Positions 15,650 through 29,594 of a stretch of 64,000 nt of DNA are shown here, in pieces. A program made the position numbers and the translations under genes. Origin of the DNA: the human T2T-CHM13v2.0 reference genome, Homo sapiens; the NCBI RefSeq assembly GCF_009914755.1, contig NC_060930.1. One strand, given 5' to 3'. The notes beneath the pieces are model-generated. The model was not told the DNA's origin and did not search any database. It saw only the letters and a program-made list of their open reading frames with translations. Position 1 is the first letter of the stretch, and every line of letters starts with the position of its first letter.

Positions 15650-16201
15650 TTAGAACCATTTGACCCAGAAATCCCATTATTGGGTATATACCCAAAGGAA
15701 TATAAATAAATCATTCTATCATAAAGACACATGCATACATTTGTTGATTGTAGCACTATTCACAATAGCAAAGGCATGGAATCAACGTAAATGTCTATCA
15801 ATGGTGGATTGGATAAAGACCATGTAGTACATATACATCATGGAATACCATGCGGCCATAAAAAAGAGTGAGATCATGTCCTTTGCAGAAACATGGATAG
15901 AGCAGGAGGCCATTATCCTTAGCAAACTAACGCAAGAACAGAAAACCAAATACCACAAGTTCTCACTTATAAGTGGGAGCTAAACGATGAGAACTCATGG
16001 ACACAAAGAAGGGGACAACAGACACTGGGACCTACTTGAGGGTGGAGGGTGGGAGAAGGAAGAGGATCAGGAAAAATAACTATTGGATAGTAAGCTTAGT
16101 ACCTGGGTGACGAAATAATCTGCATACCAAAGCCCCATGACACAAGATTACCCATGTAACAAAAGTGCTCATGTACCCCTGAGCCTAAAAAGTTAAAAAA
16201 A
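15650..16201 (+). mobile_element. L1 3' fragment (old L1PA/L1PB)
   Basis: ccatttgacccagaaatcccattattgggtatatacccaaaggaa...gggtggagggtgggagaagg...aaaagttaaaaaa. Confidence 0.9.
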
Positions 16202-17865
16202 GAGAGAGACTTGTCTTCTGCTGCCTGCCCAACCCCATGCTCCCTTCCACATATCTCTGCATCTCACAGCTTCCAAGGTTGAACTCAGATTCTTTCATGA
16301 TAACTCTGCTGAACCTGACACTGTTCCCAGAGCATCCTCTTTTCAAAACTCTGGTGAGACTACTAGGCCTGTGCCACTGAGTTTATTGCTATTAGTTAGC
16401 ATTTTATTGATAGGACATGAAAAGAGTTCACAGAAATGCCCGAATCATTGCTCAGTACAATTTGTGCTTTGCCTGTTGTATCTCATGTGATCTCACAGTA
16501 AGAATTTTGTCTCCATTTTGCAAACAAGTTAATGGATGTACAGAGAGGCCAAGCATCTGTGTGAGTCCAGCCTGCCTGGCTGTGACCTGGGACTCATAAT
16601 CCCCTTTCACGTCTCGCTTCTTCCTTTGCCGTTTTAGTCTTTGCCGTTTCCCCACATATGTTAGCCTTGTCTTCTCAGTAGGTGAGAAGCTCTTCATAGC
16701 ACTGACTTTCAGACTTGGTTATGTGTGTGTATTCCTAGGCCCTGGCATTAAGAACTTACCTGAGGACTAACATTCTATTTCCCGGGGTGGAGTCAGGAGC
16801 AGGGTCTCCTAATTGGACGACCACTATGGCTGGTTGAATGCTGTGAGTTGAAATGTCTCCGAAAATGAACTCTCTCCTGGACCATCTCCAGTTTTTGCTG
16901 TAGCATTAGCTGCTGTCCTTCCTTAATGTTTGGCAAATGGTTTCCGGTTGTGCAAGCAGCAGCCTCGCTTCTTCTCTGCCAGTGAGTGTCAGGGAAAACT
17001 TTTGGATTTTTTAGCAAGAACAAGCAGGAACAAGTTGGTATTGGCAGAGAAGGCCTAGGTAAATCCAAAAGTTGTACTCTGCCCCCAATCCTCCCCAGTT
17101 TCCTGGCCACACCCGACGCCCCTCACGGGGCCCCTGGCGTCGCACCTGGACATGCGCTCCTGGATGAAAACGTGCCCAGCCCTTGGCCCTTTGTCCCCTT
17201 TTCTTAAGGCTACTGCTAACTACTGATCTGATCAACAAAGTCACGTTTATGGTCGTCCCTTCTGGTGACATATTTGCTTTTAAAAGGAGATAATTCTTTA
17301 ACTGTTCTGCAAGAAGGCAAAGGAGGAGAAAAAGTACACGACACCCTGTGTGGGAAGCAGATGTTGGTGTAGAAAGGACACTAGAGTCTGGGTCACCCTG
17401 GAATCAAATCCTGACCTTACCCTTCACCAGCCATGTGACCTGGGCAGCTTCTCCAGGCCCTAGTTTCTTGTCTATAAAATGGCATAGTGCCTGGCACTGT
17501 ATATATAGATATAGATATAATACCATCCAGGCCAGTTGTAGCCCTCCAATGAGTATTCCTTTAAAATCTCCTCCTCCCAGGTCACCTCCATTGACACCCA
17601 TGGGGAAGGCTGATCTGGACTCATATGTGGACATTGTTGTCAAACTAAAAACACAGTGATTTTTGTATCTTGTTTAGTTTTAAAATGTTCCCAGCTTAGG
17701 GTTTGTAAAAACATTTTAAAATTGTGAAATATAGCCTATATACAGAAAAGTGCATAAAACGGGTATGCACAATTTAGCAAGTAATTATAAAGGTGTCACT
17801 CATGTAACCACCACCCTGGGTAAGAATTGGTAGGTACTGCCTTAAAGTAGTGTAGCTACGTAACA

Positions 17866-18050
17866 CAGCGCTTCTCCACAGGGGGCAATTTTGGCTGTCA
17901 CATCTGGAGGGGTGTTGTCATCTAGTGCGTGGAGGCCAGGTGTGCTGCCAAACGCTCTACAATGCACAGGACACCTCCCCACAACAAAGAATTATCCAGT
18001 CCCAAGTGTCAATCCTGCCCAAATTCAAAAACACCATACTTCAGCAGGAG
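17866..18050. mobile_element. MER20 (hAT-Charlie) DNA transposon
   Basis: catctagtgcgtggaggccagg...aatgcacaggaca...cccacaacaaagaattatcc. Confidence 0.8.
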
Positions 18051-18447
18051 ACGAAATTTTAAGGAAAGATTTGGAATTTCAAGAAACCGGCTATTGTCAA
18101 AACTTAGATTTACATGACTCATTTTTAGTAATGCTGTCCCACTCAACTAATTGTTCTCTGAAGGAGATAAAGAAAGGCGAGCCAGAATTTAAGATGAAGG
18201 ATCTGAAGGTAATAGACGTTGCTGATCACATCAATCAGTTTGTATTCTTTCATTGCTGCCAAGTGCTTTTAATCTCCTTTGTCACTTTGCACTGATCTTG
18301 AGAATCAAATACTGTACAAGTGAGCCGAAGCCAGACGTGTTCCATTTTACTATTAATGCAATTGTGAATAAATTAAATACTATCTTCTTCCCCACGATGT
18401 GTTCCAGCCCCCTTTGCACTTTTGACTCTGTCTTTCGTTTATTGCAG

Positions 18448-18766
18448 GATTTAGTCGTCCGTGTTGTTTTTATTCTTGGCAACCTGACGGCAAAAAATAA
18501 CCAGGCTCGTGAACAATTTTCCAAAGAGAAAGGGAGCATCCAAACTCTGCTGTCATTATTCCAGACGTTCCATCAGCTGGATCTGCATTCCCAGAAGCCG
18601 GTGGGCCAACGAGGCGAGCAGCACAGGGCGCAGAGGCCGCCGTCAGAGGCAGAGGACGTGCTCATCAAGCTGACTCGTGTGCTGGCCAACATTGCCATCC
18701 ACCCGGGCGTGGGCCCGGTGCTGGCCGCCAACCCGGGGATAGTGGGCCTGCTCCTGACCACGCTGG
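18448..18766 (+). CDS. ARMC2: ARMC2 coding exon (probably 13), 319 nt: DLVVRVVFILGNLTAKNNQAREQF...VLANIAIHPGVGPVLAANPGIVGLLLTTL
   Basis: Acceptor tttcgtttattgcag|GAT and donor CTG G|gtgaga. Armadillo-repeat motifs (LGNLT, LANIA). Lies inside ORF 18253..18900. Confidence 0.95.
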
Positions 18767-19261
18767 GTGAGAACCGCAGCCCACTGGCTGCAGCAGACAC
18801 AACCAACTTTCCCGCGGCCCAAAGACAGTTCTGTGTCTGTGGTGTGATGAGGATTTTATTATCACAAGTGGCTCCCTATGAGAAAGTCTTAGCTGTATGA
18901 AGGAAATTCCCTCTTCTGTTCAGAACTGTCTTAAAAGTAATCCAGATTATTAGAAAAGGAAAAGAAAACATAGTAATAGAGATTATTACTAAAACCCACC
19001 AAATCGTACACTTTAAAAGGGTGAATTTTATGGTTTGTGAATTACATTGCAATTTTTTAAAATTATACTCAGCAAATGAAGAAAACTTGGCTAAACTAAC
19101 CACAAAGAGTTTAAAATTCCAAATATTTGAGTTTAAAATCCCAAATCCCAAATATTGTGGGCAATCCACATGATTAAAATTAATTCCTTTTTTTTCCTCT
19201 TCAGGTTCTTACATTATTTGTAATTACAGTCTCCAGTCATTCAAGTCCTATTCATTCCCCT

Positions 19262-19655
19262 TGTATTAGCTCAGATTGCCATAACAAAATACCACAGATT
19301 GGGCAACTTTGTCAGAAATTTATTTCTTATGCTTCTGGAGGCTGAGAAATTCAAGATCAAGGTGCCAGACTGTTCAGCTCCTGGTGAGGGCTCTTCCTCC
19401 TGGCCTGCAGACAGCCACCTACTCACTGTGTGCTCACATGGCTATTCCTTGGTGCAAGCACTTGTGGGGTAGGGGACAGTCTGTCTCTCCCCCTCCTCTT
19501 TTTATAAAGTCACCAATCCTATCATATTAGGACCCTACCCTTATGGGCTCTGTAACCTGCTGTATCTCTTCAAAGTCTTATCTCCAAATACAAGCATATT
19601 GGGAGTAGAGCTTCAACATATGAATTTTGTTGGGCACACAATTCAGTCCATGGCA
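19262..19655 (-). mobile_element. MLT1A-like MaLR LTR
   Basis: tgccataacaaaataccacaga...ttctggaggctgagaaattcaagatcaaggtgcc...acacaattcagtccatggca. Confidence 0.8.
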
Positions 19656-19758
19656 ACCCCTATACTTTTTAGGTCTGTCATCTCCCACAAGCACTTCTGC
19701 CTGCTAGTGTGTAGGAAAATTAACTGCAACCCAAGATTGATTAATCTTGCCACTATTA

Positions 19759-20048
19759 GGTGGGCCTGGTGGCTCAGGCCTGTAATCCCAGCACTTTGAG
19801 AGGCTGAGGTGGGTGGATCACAAGGTCAGGAGTTTAAGACCAGCCTGGCCAACATGGTGAAACCCCTTTCTCTACTAAAATACGAAAATTAGCCAGGCAT
19901 GGTAGCATTCACCTATAATCCCAGCTACTCGGGAGGCTGAGGCAGGAGAATCGCTTGAACTCAGGAGACGGAGGGCCGCAGTGGGCCGAGATCGTGCCAC
20001 TGCATTCCAGCCTAGGTGACACAGTGAGACTCTGTCTCCAGAAAAAAA
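19759..20048 (+). mobile_element. Alu (Sg-like)
   Basis: Dimeric Alu consensus. Confidence 0.95.
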
Positions 20049-20229
20049 ATTAGCTACTACTAACCATACTTGTGGAAAATGTTGTTGTTTTGGAAGGAAG
20101 CTAATGTCTGACACAAATGATGTTTTGGAGGAGCAATCTGTGAACTCCCTGGCCTCCCTCGCCCCCACTAGTCAACTCAAGAGCCATTTCCTAAGCTCTT
20201 TCTGGGTAACCAGTTCTGTGCTATACATT

Positions 20230-20554
20230 CAGTTTCATTTATTCTGCTCAGGCTGCCATAACAAAATCCCGTAAACTGGGGAGCTTCAACAACAGACATG
20301 TATTTTCTCACAGTTCTGGAAACTGGAAGTCTGAGACCGAGATGCCGGCAGGGTCAGGGTCTGGTGCAGGCTCCCCTTCCTGGCATGTGGTTGATTGCCC
20401 TCTCACTGGGTCCTCATGTGCTGAAGAGAGCACACTCTGGGGTCCCTTCTACTTCTTGTAAGGGTACCAGCTCCACCGGATGAGGGCCCCACCCTTCTGA
20501 CCTCATTTAACCTTTATCACTTCCCCACAGGATCTAGCTCCAAATACAGTCACA
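20230..20554 (-). mobile_element. MLT1A-like MaLR LTR
   Basis: ggctgccataacaaaat...ttctcacagttctggaaactggaagtc...caacattcagt. Confidence 0.75.
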
Positions 20555-21829
20555 TTGAAGGGATAGGGCTTTTACATGTGCATTCTGGGGGATACCAACA
20601 TTCAGTTTAGAACAAGGTTTTAAAAATGGAGGCTGGTATGTGCTTTCAAGGAATTCGGCCTATATGGTGGAGGGACATTGAGTGCACAGACAAGAACCCC
20701 AGTTTCTGAGAAGGGCAGAAGCTAGGCATACACAGCTAAGGGACGGGTGGCAGAGCCCGGCTGCGGGCATGTGAGTGACAAGGCCGTGCTTCATTATGGA
20801 GCTTTACGGTTGAAAACGCATTTTCATATCTGTTACCTCACAACAATGTCAGGGCACGTTTTTGTTATTTTCATCATTTCACAGATGAGGAAACGGGCTC
20901 AGTGAGATATAGTGACTTTCACAGGTCACAAAGTTAGCAAGTGGCAAAGTCACCGGGCCCCTGACCTGTGCTTCCCCGCACTCCACATCACGTGTCACCT
21001 GTCTTGAGAAACGACTCTTCACTTCTGATTGGGATCTGCACCATGACTTACCACTTCCATGTAAATAACTCAAAAATCTCTGTGTTTAGGCTTGAACTCT
21101 TTTCCAAGCTGCTGACTGCACATTAAGCCACGTGGAAGAAAATGCACGTAGCTGTGAGAGAAATTCAGTTTCTGTTCCAACCTCAAAACGTTCAGCATTT
21201 GCTCTGTAGCATGCCCATGTCTGCTGAAGCTCTTTCCCCTTCCTGAGATCCACTCACCACACTGAGCAGGGCTTCTCAGCCCAGGACCAGGGATGGGACT
21301 GCTGCAGAATCAGCTGTGGGACTCTTTAAAATACCCTTTTTGGTTTCTGGCCCCTGCCCAGAAACTGCCTCTGTAAAATGCCATTAGAGTCTTGAAATCT
21401 GCCTTTTAATGCCTCCTTTGCCCCCAGGTGAGCCTTTTGCCCATTAAGTGTTGAGACCCAGTGCTTCAGGGAACCATGTTAGCTTTTCTGGCTCCTCAGG
21501 ATCTAGCAGAAGCCTGAAACCGACTGGGCGAATTCTCATCTGTTGCAGAATTAATCCCTTTACCTGACTGTGGCTGCCCAGGAAGGGCCTGAGGACCAGA
21601 CCTCAAACACCTGGACTGGGGGCACATGGCTGTGAACAGCCAAGGAGTAGAGTTATGCATGATTCATTTTCCCACAGTTGTTAATATTCACATATAAAGT
21701 GAAAAAACTCCTCATCTTATAAATATTTTATGAGCTTAGAAATTACATTTCTACCTATAAAGGAAGAGTGAATAACTTGCTTTTGACTCAAAAGAAAGTG
21801 ATGCTTTGGGGTAGGAGAAAGAGGCAAGA

Positions 21830-22410
21830 GGCTGGGCACGGTGGTTCGCGCCTATAATCCCAGCACTTTGGGAAGCCAAGGCAGGCAGATTGCTTGAGGC
21901 CAGGGATTCCGGACCAGACTGGGCAACATGGCAAAACCCTGTCTCTATTAAAAAAAAAAAAAAAAATTAGCTGAGTGTGGTGGGACACGCCTGTGATCTC
22001 AGCTACTCAGGAGGCTGAGGTGGGAGAATTACCTGAGCCCAGGAAGTCAAGGCTGCAGTGAGCCATGCTTACACCACTGCACTCTGGCCTGGGCAACAGA
22101 GTGAGACCCTGTCTCCAAGAAAAAGTCCGGGCGCAGTGGCTCACACCTGTCATCCCAGCACTTTGGGAGGCTGAGGTGGGCAGATCACTTGAGGTCAGGA
22201 GTTCAAGACCAGCCTGGCCAACATGGCAAAACCCCATCTCTACTAAAAATACAAACATTAGCCAGGCATGGTGGCACGTGCCTGTAGTCCTAGCTACTCA
22301 GGAGGCTGAGGCAGGAGGATCTCTTGAACCCAGGAGGTGGAGGTTGCAGTGAGCCAAGATCGTACTGTTGCACTCCAGCATGGGCGACAGAGTGAGACTC
22401 TCTCTCTAAA
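21830..22410 (+). mobile_element. Two tandem Alus (J type 21830-22125, S type 22126-22410)
   Basis: The second Alu starts directly after the A tail of the first. Confidence 0.93.
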
Positions 22411-23466
22411 GCTCCCTGGCTGCTCCTGATACAGGTGGTCAAGGGCCTCCCTGTGAGAAATGTTTTAGTCTCTGTATTAGAGCCTGGTACCATATGAGGT
22501 TGAGCAGAAGTGAAGAAACCCTGCTCTCCTGTGATGGGTCAGGCCTCTTGCCTACTATGCCTTAGGCAGTTGTTTGGGCAAGCAGGTGATCCCTTCTCTA
22601 TTCTCTCCTGAAAGACTTTATCTCCAAATAAAAGTTGATAGAAGGGCAAAAGTCACCCCTGACAGGGGGTCACCCCCCTCCACCTTCCCCTTACACAGCT
22701 CGACTCCTGGGTGAGTTTCTAAGCCCTGCTAAGCCCTTTCTACACTGGTCTCTGTGGATTTCCTACCTGTTTTGTCTGTGTCGGTGTGGAGTGGTGACCA
22801 CATTCCAGGAAAGGCCTCCTGCCCCCTCTGACAGGCCTGGCAGCTTAGAGCAACGCAGGGCCAGTGCTGGGCTGTGACTGTGACTATAGAAAGGGCCTGC
22901 CCGTGGTTTGGTTGTGCCCACTGAACTCAGAGTTGCTGCTGTCCTGTTTACCCTCAGAGCTGAGCACTCCTCCCAGCCTGATGGCTCCTGTGGCATGGCC
23001 CCCTTCCCTAGTCATGTGGGAAGGGCATCCCTTAGGCTCTTTTCTTCCTACCTCCCTCTAGCCCTGCACCCTTCACAAGGAGTTACTTGTACCCCAGGAC
23101 TTGCCTAGAGAGGTCAGCCTCATTGCAGAGGGTCTTTTAAAAATCAATAATGTTTCTAGTAAGAACTGACCCTCTCAGTATGCCACCAGACTCAGAGATT
23201 TGCTGACTTAGTGGCAAGTCCAAATTCCAGATTGTCTCATATCCGTGAGTGAATTATAGAGGGTAGGATGGTTGTCATGGTTTTTTGGAAGCAGTCTATT
23301 GCCCCAACTAGCTCCAATGGGAACTCAGCAACCCTGAGTCCTTGGCTTCCGCAGCGTTCTGTGGAAAGAGTAGGATAGTAGGGGTCAAGTACACCTGGAT
23401 TTAGATGTGTGCTCTGTGAAGTGAGGTGAGGTATTGAACTTCTCTAAACCTCAGTGTTCTCATCTG

Positions 23467-23735
23467 ACCCCTAAATTCATCTATGAAGTCCTAACCCCCA
23501 TGTGATGGTATTTGGAGATGGGGCCTTTGGGAGATAATTAGGTTTAGATAAGGCCATGATGTGGGGACCTCATGCTGGAGTTAGGGCCCTTACAAGAAGA
23601 GACACCAGAGCCTGACCATGCAGCCTCCCTGATCTTGGACTTCCAGCCTCCGTAACTGTGAGAAAATAAATTCCTGTTGGTTCAAGCCACCCAGTTTATG
23701 GTATTTTATTATGACAGGCCAAGGTGACTGAGACA
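23467..23735 (+). mobile_element. MLT1A-like LTR inside a MIR
   Basis: gatggtatttggagatggggcctttgggagataattagg...aataaattcctgttggttcaagccacccagtttatggtatttt. Confidence 0.8.
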
Positions 23736-24894
23736 GATGCACCTTTCGAGAATGAATTATTGTGGGTGTGAATTCTTGTAAGTGCATGTAAAACTTATTA
23801 GCTGACTTTTGAGGGTTACATGCATGGTAAAGTGCCTAGTGCTGTTTATGATAAATGCTTAGGAGCTGTGAGTACCTACCCTCTAGTTCCAGATACCAGA
23901 CACCATTCCTGCCGCCCAAATGTGTGGTCCTTCGGGAGGTCAGACAATAAGAGCTACCCTGCATTTTCTGGACAAGCTAACGAATTCTCCTACCAAGGCA
24001 AGAGAAATAAAACAGATCCCCAAACACTGCCCAAGACCTAGTGTCATCAGTCTGGGGCTGGAGGAAACTAGGGCTGTAGGCCCTTTGCCCAAGAGTTAGA
24101 CATTCACCTGAGCTGCTCCCCATGAGCCGTCATTCTGGATGGCCCATCTGTTCATGTAATAAGCACTTACTTAGCACCCACTATGTGCCATGCACTCATT
24201 TAAGCCCTTGAATGCATTTAAACTTTGTAACAACTCTATAATGTAGGTGCAATGATCATGCTTACTTTACCATCAAGGAAACTGAGGCCCAAGGAGGTTA
24301 AATAATTTGAGTAAGGTCACACGGCCAGTGAGTGGAAGCACAGGGTTCTGGCTCCAGAGTCCTGGCCAAAGCAAGAGGGAATAATTTGGAGGTCCTGTGT
24401 CCCTTCTTTTACCATAACTAGAATATTTCCTTACAGTAGAATCCATATTGATAACCAAAATAATTCAGTTCCTTATTCCCTTTTTATATACTTAAACTAA
24501 AAAAGAGGAAGTCAGGTCTTTATTTATTCTTTCTTTTTCCAAGTATCCATTAAGTGTCTACCAGGTACTGGGCCTATGCTTGCTGCTCTAGCGGGAGGGG
24601 CCACTGGCGGAAGGAACAGTGTATGTCTTCTGCAGCCTACAAATGACTGAGCTTTCCTTTCAACATAGTAATTTATAAAAAGGCTGTTCTCTTTAATGAA
24701 CAGGAAAAGATGGCCAAAGGGGGCGATACTTAAGTTGGAGAATTCAAGAACAAGCACAGTCCTCTTCCTCAGCTCATAGCCCCCCTGCTTGCTCCCCAAA
24801 GAAAAACTTCGGTTTCATACAGGAAAGAAAAGGCACTTCCTATTCAGTAATGGGAAGTGGGCAAGTCATGAGCCAAGTTGTGTGCAGGTGCTGA

Positions 24895-25452
<558 letters not shown>

Positions 25453-25879
25453 TCTGATTGCCCAACTCTTAGATCCAACTGTCTACCCCTCCTCTCCTGG
25501 GGGTGCTTCAGAAGCACCTCAGCATATCTTAAGCTGAATTCATGACCTGTCCCTGAACTTGGCCCTCTTCCTGTGCCCTTATTTCAGACAATGTGGTCAA
25601 CATCTACCCAATTATGTGCACCGGGGGGGGACACCCCGGGTGATTCCTCTCCCTCACACCCCCATCCAGTCTCTGCCAAGCACAGTCTCCACTCCGCCAC
25701 ATCTCCGCCATCACCCGTGTCCACGCTATGCTGAGGTCACTGGGACCACTCCCAGCTGCAGCCCTGCCTCTTCTCATCCTCACACTGTGGCCAGAAATGT
25801 CAAGAGATGAGTCTGGAGACTGAGTGGGAGGCAGGGACAAAAACCACTAAGGGCCTTATGTGCTAAGCTAGAGGATCAA

Positions 25880-26490
25880 TTATTCTTGCATCCAGCACTC
25901 ACTATGTGCCAGGCACTGTTCTAGAAGCTGGGAATGCAGCCATGAAGAAAACAGACACATCCCTAGGCCTCAGGAAGCTGACATTTTAGGGCTGAAAGAC
26001 AAACATTAAACACATATATAACATCAGGTGGTCATATGTGCTATGGAGAAAATTAAAGCAGGGTGAGAAAAAAGAGAATAGGTGCTATTTTAAATAGGGA
26101 GGTTACGGAAAGTATGTCCAACAAGGCGGCATGTAAGCAACTGCTAGGAGGACGTAAGGAGTGAGCCAAGTGACTAACTGGGAGGACAGTATGTTCCAGA
26201 AGAAAGTTCAGCAGTGCACGGGTTCTCAGGCAGGGGCATGCTGGCATATTCCAAGAGGCCAGGAGGCTGGTGTGGTTGGCCTTGGGGGTCTGGGAGTAGG
26301 AGGAGCAAATGAGGCCAGAGAGATAAGGCCTGGAGCTGCCAGGTAGGTCTTGTGAACCAGACGACGCAGTCTATTCGTGGGTTATGAGGTGGGTGGCAGT
26401 ATCTGACTTGCTTTTAAAGGATAACTGTGTTGAGAATAGATTTAGGGAGGCAAAAGTGGAAGAAGAGAAGCCAGCAAGTGCTGAGAGATG
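25880..26490. mobile_element. L2 LINE fragment
   Basis: agcactcactatgtgccaggcactgttctagaagctggga... Confidence 0.65.
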
Positions 26491-26986
26491 AACTAGTGGG
26501 GAGGTAGAGGAGGCCAGAGGTGTCTTCTAGAGTTCGTAGTCACAGACGGATCGTGACCCCGGGGCCGTTCTGTTGGGAGGCGGTGTGGGAAGGAGGGCAC
26601 AGACTCCAAGGAGGAGCCCCTGGGAGAGCCTGAAGACCCAGAAAACAGGCGGGATTGGAGATGGCTCCGCTCACTGCCGTGTTGGCCCCTTTGCTTTACT
26701 TCAGACACAGGTCCCAGATCAGCTGGACTTTTCCAGACCTCCTGGCTGCGAGGATTGAGTTGACAGTGTCCTCTCTGCTCTGGCCAGGAGCAGGCCCTTG
26801 CATTTGGGGCATTTCCGTGCAGGAGGAGTCGGGGGAAATCAAGTGGTAAAGGTGCCTCTCCAGGGCCTTTGTAGGGACCCTGCGTGATCGCAGCCGGCTC
26901 CTGGCCCTGCTGTTGCTGTAGTTGCAACGTAGTTGGTTCTACTCCTGCAGTGGGTCTTTGACTCCCTTATCCTTACTTCATTTCAG

Positions 26987-27109
26987 AATACAAGTCACTT
27001 GATGATTGTGAGGAGCTGGTGATCAATGCTACAGCGACAATCAACAATTTATCTTACTACCAAGTGAAGAATTCCATAATTCAAGACAAAAAGCTATATA
27101 TTGCTGAAT
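26987..27109 (+). CDS. ARMC2: ARMC2 coding exon (probably 14), 123 nt, phase 1-1: EYKSLDDCEELVINATATINNLSYYQVKNSIIQDKKLYIAE
   Basis: Acceptor cttacttcatttcag|AA and donor GAA T|gtaagg. ARM motif INNLS. In frame with both neighbours. Confidence 0.95.
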
Positions 27110-27428
27110 GTAAGGTTCAGAGTTGGATTTGGATAAATGAGTGCTCATTTGAAGTTTCGATTTTATTAACTAAACACAGAGCAGGAGACATTACTATCTT
27201 CTGCCTTCTGGTACAGAAATGTCTTAGAGCCTGATGATTCTAAGAAATTAGAATATGGGGAAACTAGAAATGGGAAAAATTAGTTTCTTAGTTCTTGCTA
27301 AAGTCCCTTACAGTTTGTAATTTATTATCATTTGAAAATCATCAGTATTAAGTATGATGTTGATTTCCATTAACCTTTAAGTTAAAACTTAAATTCACTG
27401 ATTTAATTTCTCTGGTCGCCAAATCCAG

Positions 27429-27542
27429 TGCTCTTAAAGCTTCTTGTCAGTAACAACATGGATGGAATCCTGGAGGCTGTGCGTGTTTTCGGAAATCTCT
27501 CCCAGGACCATGATGTCTGCGATTTCATTGTGCAGAACAATG
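27429..27542 (+). CDS. ARMC2: ARMC2 coding exon (probably 15), 114 nt, phase 1-1: LLLKLLVSNNMDGILEAVRVFGNLSQDHDVCDFIVQNN
   Basis: Acceptor aaatccag|TG and donor AAT G|gtgagt. ARM motif FGNLS. Confidence 0.93.
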
Positions 27543-28137
27543 GTGAGTTAATAACACTAGAATTCATAAACATTCACTTTTTGCCAATAATCAGCTGAGT
27601 GGTTTTGCAGCTTGAGTCATTACAGTGTTATACTTGTTTCCGTTTTGAGATTTGTAAAGCTTCGTGTTTAAGGCTCCTGGCTCAGGATGCCAAGATGGAC
27701 CTAGGCAGTGTTCCCCTCTGCCTTGTGAATGGCCTTCTGTGCTCCAAGATGGGGTGTGTGTATGTCTAATGGAAACAGTGAATCTTGAGTAATCACTTCT
27801 GTCTGGGGGCATATTCTTAAGAAGACATTCTCTTTTATGTACTAGAATGTCTATTACATTTTGCTTATAATAGCAAAAAGTAGAAACAACCTAAATGTTC
27901 CTCAACAGAGAAGAGGACAAATTCATTATGGTATATTCATGCAATAAAATGTTCTCTAGCATTTAAAAGCAATAGGAGGATATATGCAGAGGAATGCCTT
28001 GAATATAAGTTTTAAAACATACAAAACTACCTTTTGCTTCTGCATTGGTATTGCTTCTGCACAGGTATTCACGTAGTGATGCTATACAGTATAAATAGTA
28101 ATTGGAAATAGTAAACTCCAATTTAAGACAGAGTTCA

Positions 28138-28445
28138 GGCTGGGTACAGTGGTTCAAGCCTGTAATACCAGCACTTTGGGAGGCTAAGGTGGGAGGATTG
28201 CTTGAGGGCACGAGTTTGAGATCAACCTGGGTAACATAGTGAGAACCTGTCTCTACAAAAATTTAAAATTAGCCAGACGTGGTGGTGGCACAAGTCCCAG
28301 CTACTTGGGAGGCTGAGGCAGGAGGATCACTTGAGCCCAGAAGTTTGAGGCTACAGTGAGCCATGATTGTGCCACTGCCCTCTAGGCTGGGAGACAGAGC
28401 GACACTCTATCTCTAAAAAATAAAAAAAATTTAAAAATTAAAAAA
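28138..28445 (+). mobile_element. AluJ
   Basis: ggaggattgcttgag...gaggctacagtgagccatgatt. Confidence 0.92.
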
Positions 28446-29594
28446 GGACAGCATTCACCTTTGGAAAGAAAGGGATGTCCAAAGATTATAATTGGACCTA
28501 TAATGTTATTTATTATCAAATAAGAATTGTTTATATTTATTATGTACAACATATTGTTTGGAATGTAATGTTTTATTTCTTAAACTGAGTGGCAAGTACC
28601 CACATGTTTATACCCTTTGTATGTCTCAAATATTTTTGTATGTCTCAAATATTAGTATACTTTGACTCTTTGTATGTCTCAAATATTTCATGTAACAATA
28701 ATTTTAAAAACATAACTCTCCATGTTCGTAATGGAAAATTTCAATAATACAGATACAAAAAGCAGCAGCAGCAAACCATGCCCCATCCTCTCACTACCTG
28801 CAGATAACTGCACATTTTGCTGGGCACTATTTAGCCTCTTAAGAGCACATATGTACGTGATGTTGCCTCTGTCAAGCTTACTGCCCAACCCAGTTAACAG
28901 GGCCGGGGCTAGAACAGGGCAGCCCCTCTCAGGTGCACGTACTGTGGGAGGAGGCAGAATGCACACTTTACTCACTCTTCCCCAACCCTTTGCTCAGCGT
29001 CTGCTGAGGGATGAGAAAACAGGACAAACAGTTCCCAGTTCCATTTCCTAGGAGTAAGGGAAAATGATTCTCCTGAGGCAGGAGCCTGTCCTGCCTTGAG
29101 ATGTCCCTACACTGGAAGGCCTGCCTTGCCCCAGGTTGGTTTTTAGCAGTCTGAGTCTTACACATGGCCCTGGGAGACTTCAGGAATGATCCCACCAGGA
29201 GCCAACTCCCCTCTCCAGGACTGTGTATTTAAAGACAGACAGTTGCTGCTGGAGGTTTAGGAACACCCTTGAGAATAACTGGAAGTTAGATGAGTGTCAC
29301 CTGTGCTCCCTCCTTTCCACCAGCTGGGACTCTTTCACTGCCGTGGAGAAGCAGCTGCTGCCTGGGTCAGGTTTTGCAGTATCTGTCGATTGGGGGAGCC
29401 AACTCTGGGAGTGGTGGGTATTGGGGAACCCACTGCTGTGTGATGGATAAAGCCTTAGGAAGAATGAGTTAAGTCCCTTAACAGGGGTTCTGGGTTTGCA
29501 AGCCACTCCCCGTTTCCCCATACCATCTGTAAAACAAGAGACAGCTGGGAATCCTGAACTTTTACTGGTCTGCATTTGCTCTCTTCCCTCGTAG

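Noticed and set aside
18573-18865. Antisense ORFs over the GC-rich ARMC2 exon
   Set aside because: Expected stop-codon depletion on the opposite strand of a GC-rich coding exon.
18253-18900. 215-aa ORF as a standalone gene
   Set aside because: Non-ATG start. The core is the ARMC2 exon 18448-18766, and the flanks are chance open intron sequence.
19185-19270. Strong orphan 3' splice site (ttccttttttttcctcttcag|G at 19204) as an alternative last exon
   Set aside because: No matching donor or nearby poly(A) signal found. Decoy acceptors are frequent in introns.
26493-26927. 144-aa minus-strand ORF in a GC/CpG-rich stretch
   Set aside because: Non-ATG start, low-complexity composition, no recognisable domain and no supported splice partners.
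26912-26928. GTTGC-N7-GCAAC as an RFX X-box
   Set aside because: Spacing is longer than the canonical ~14-bp X-box.
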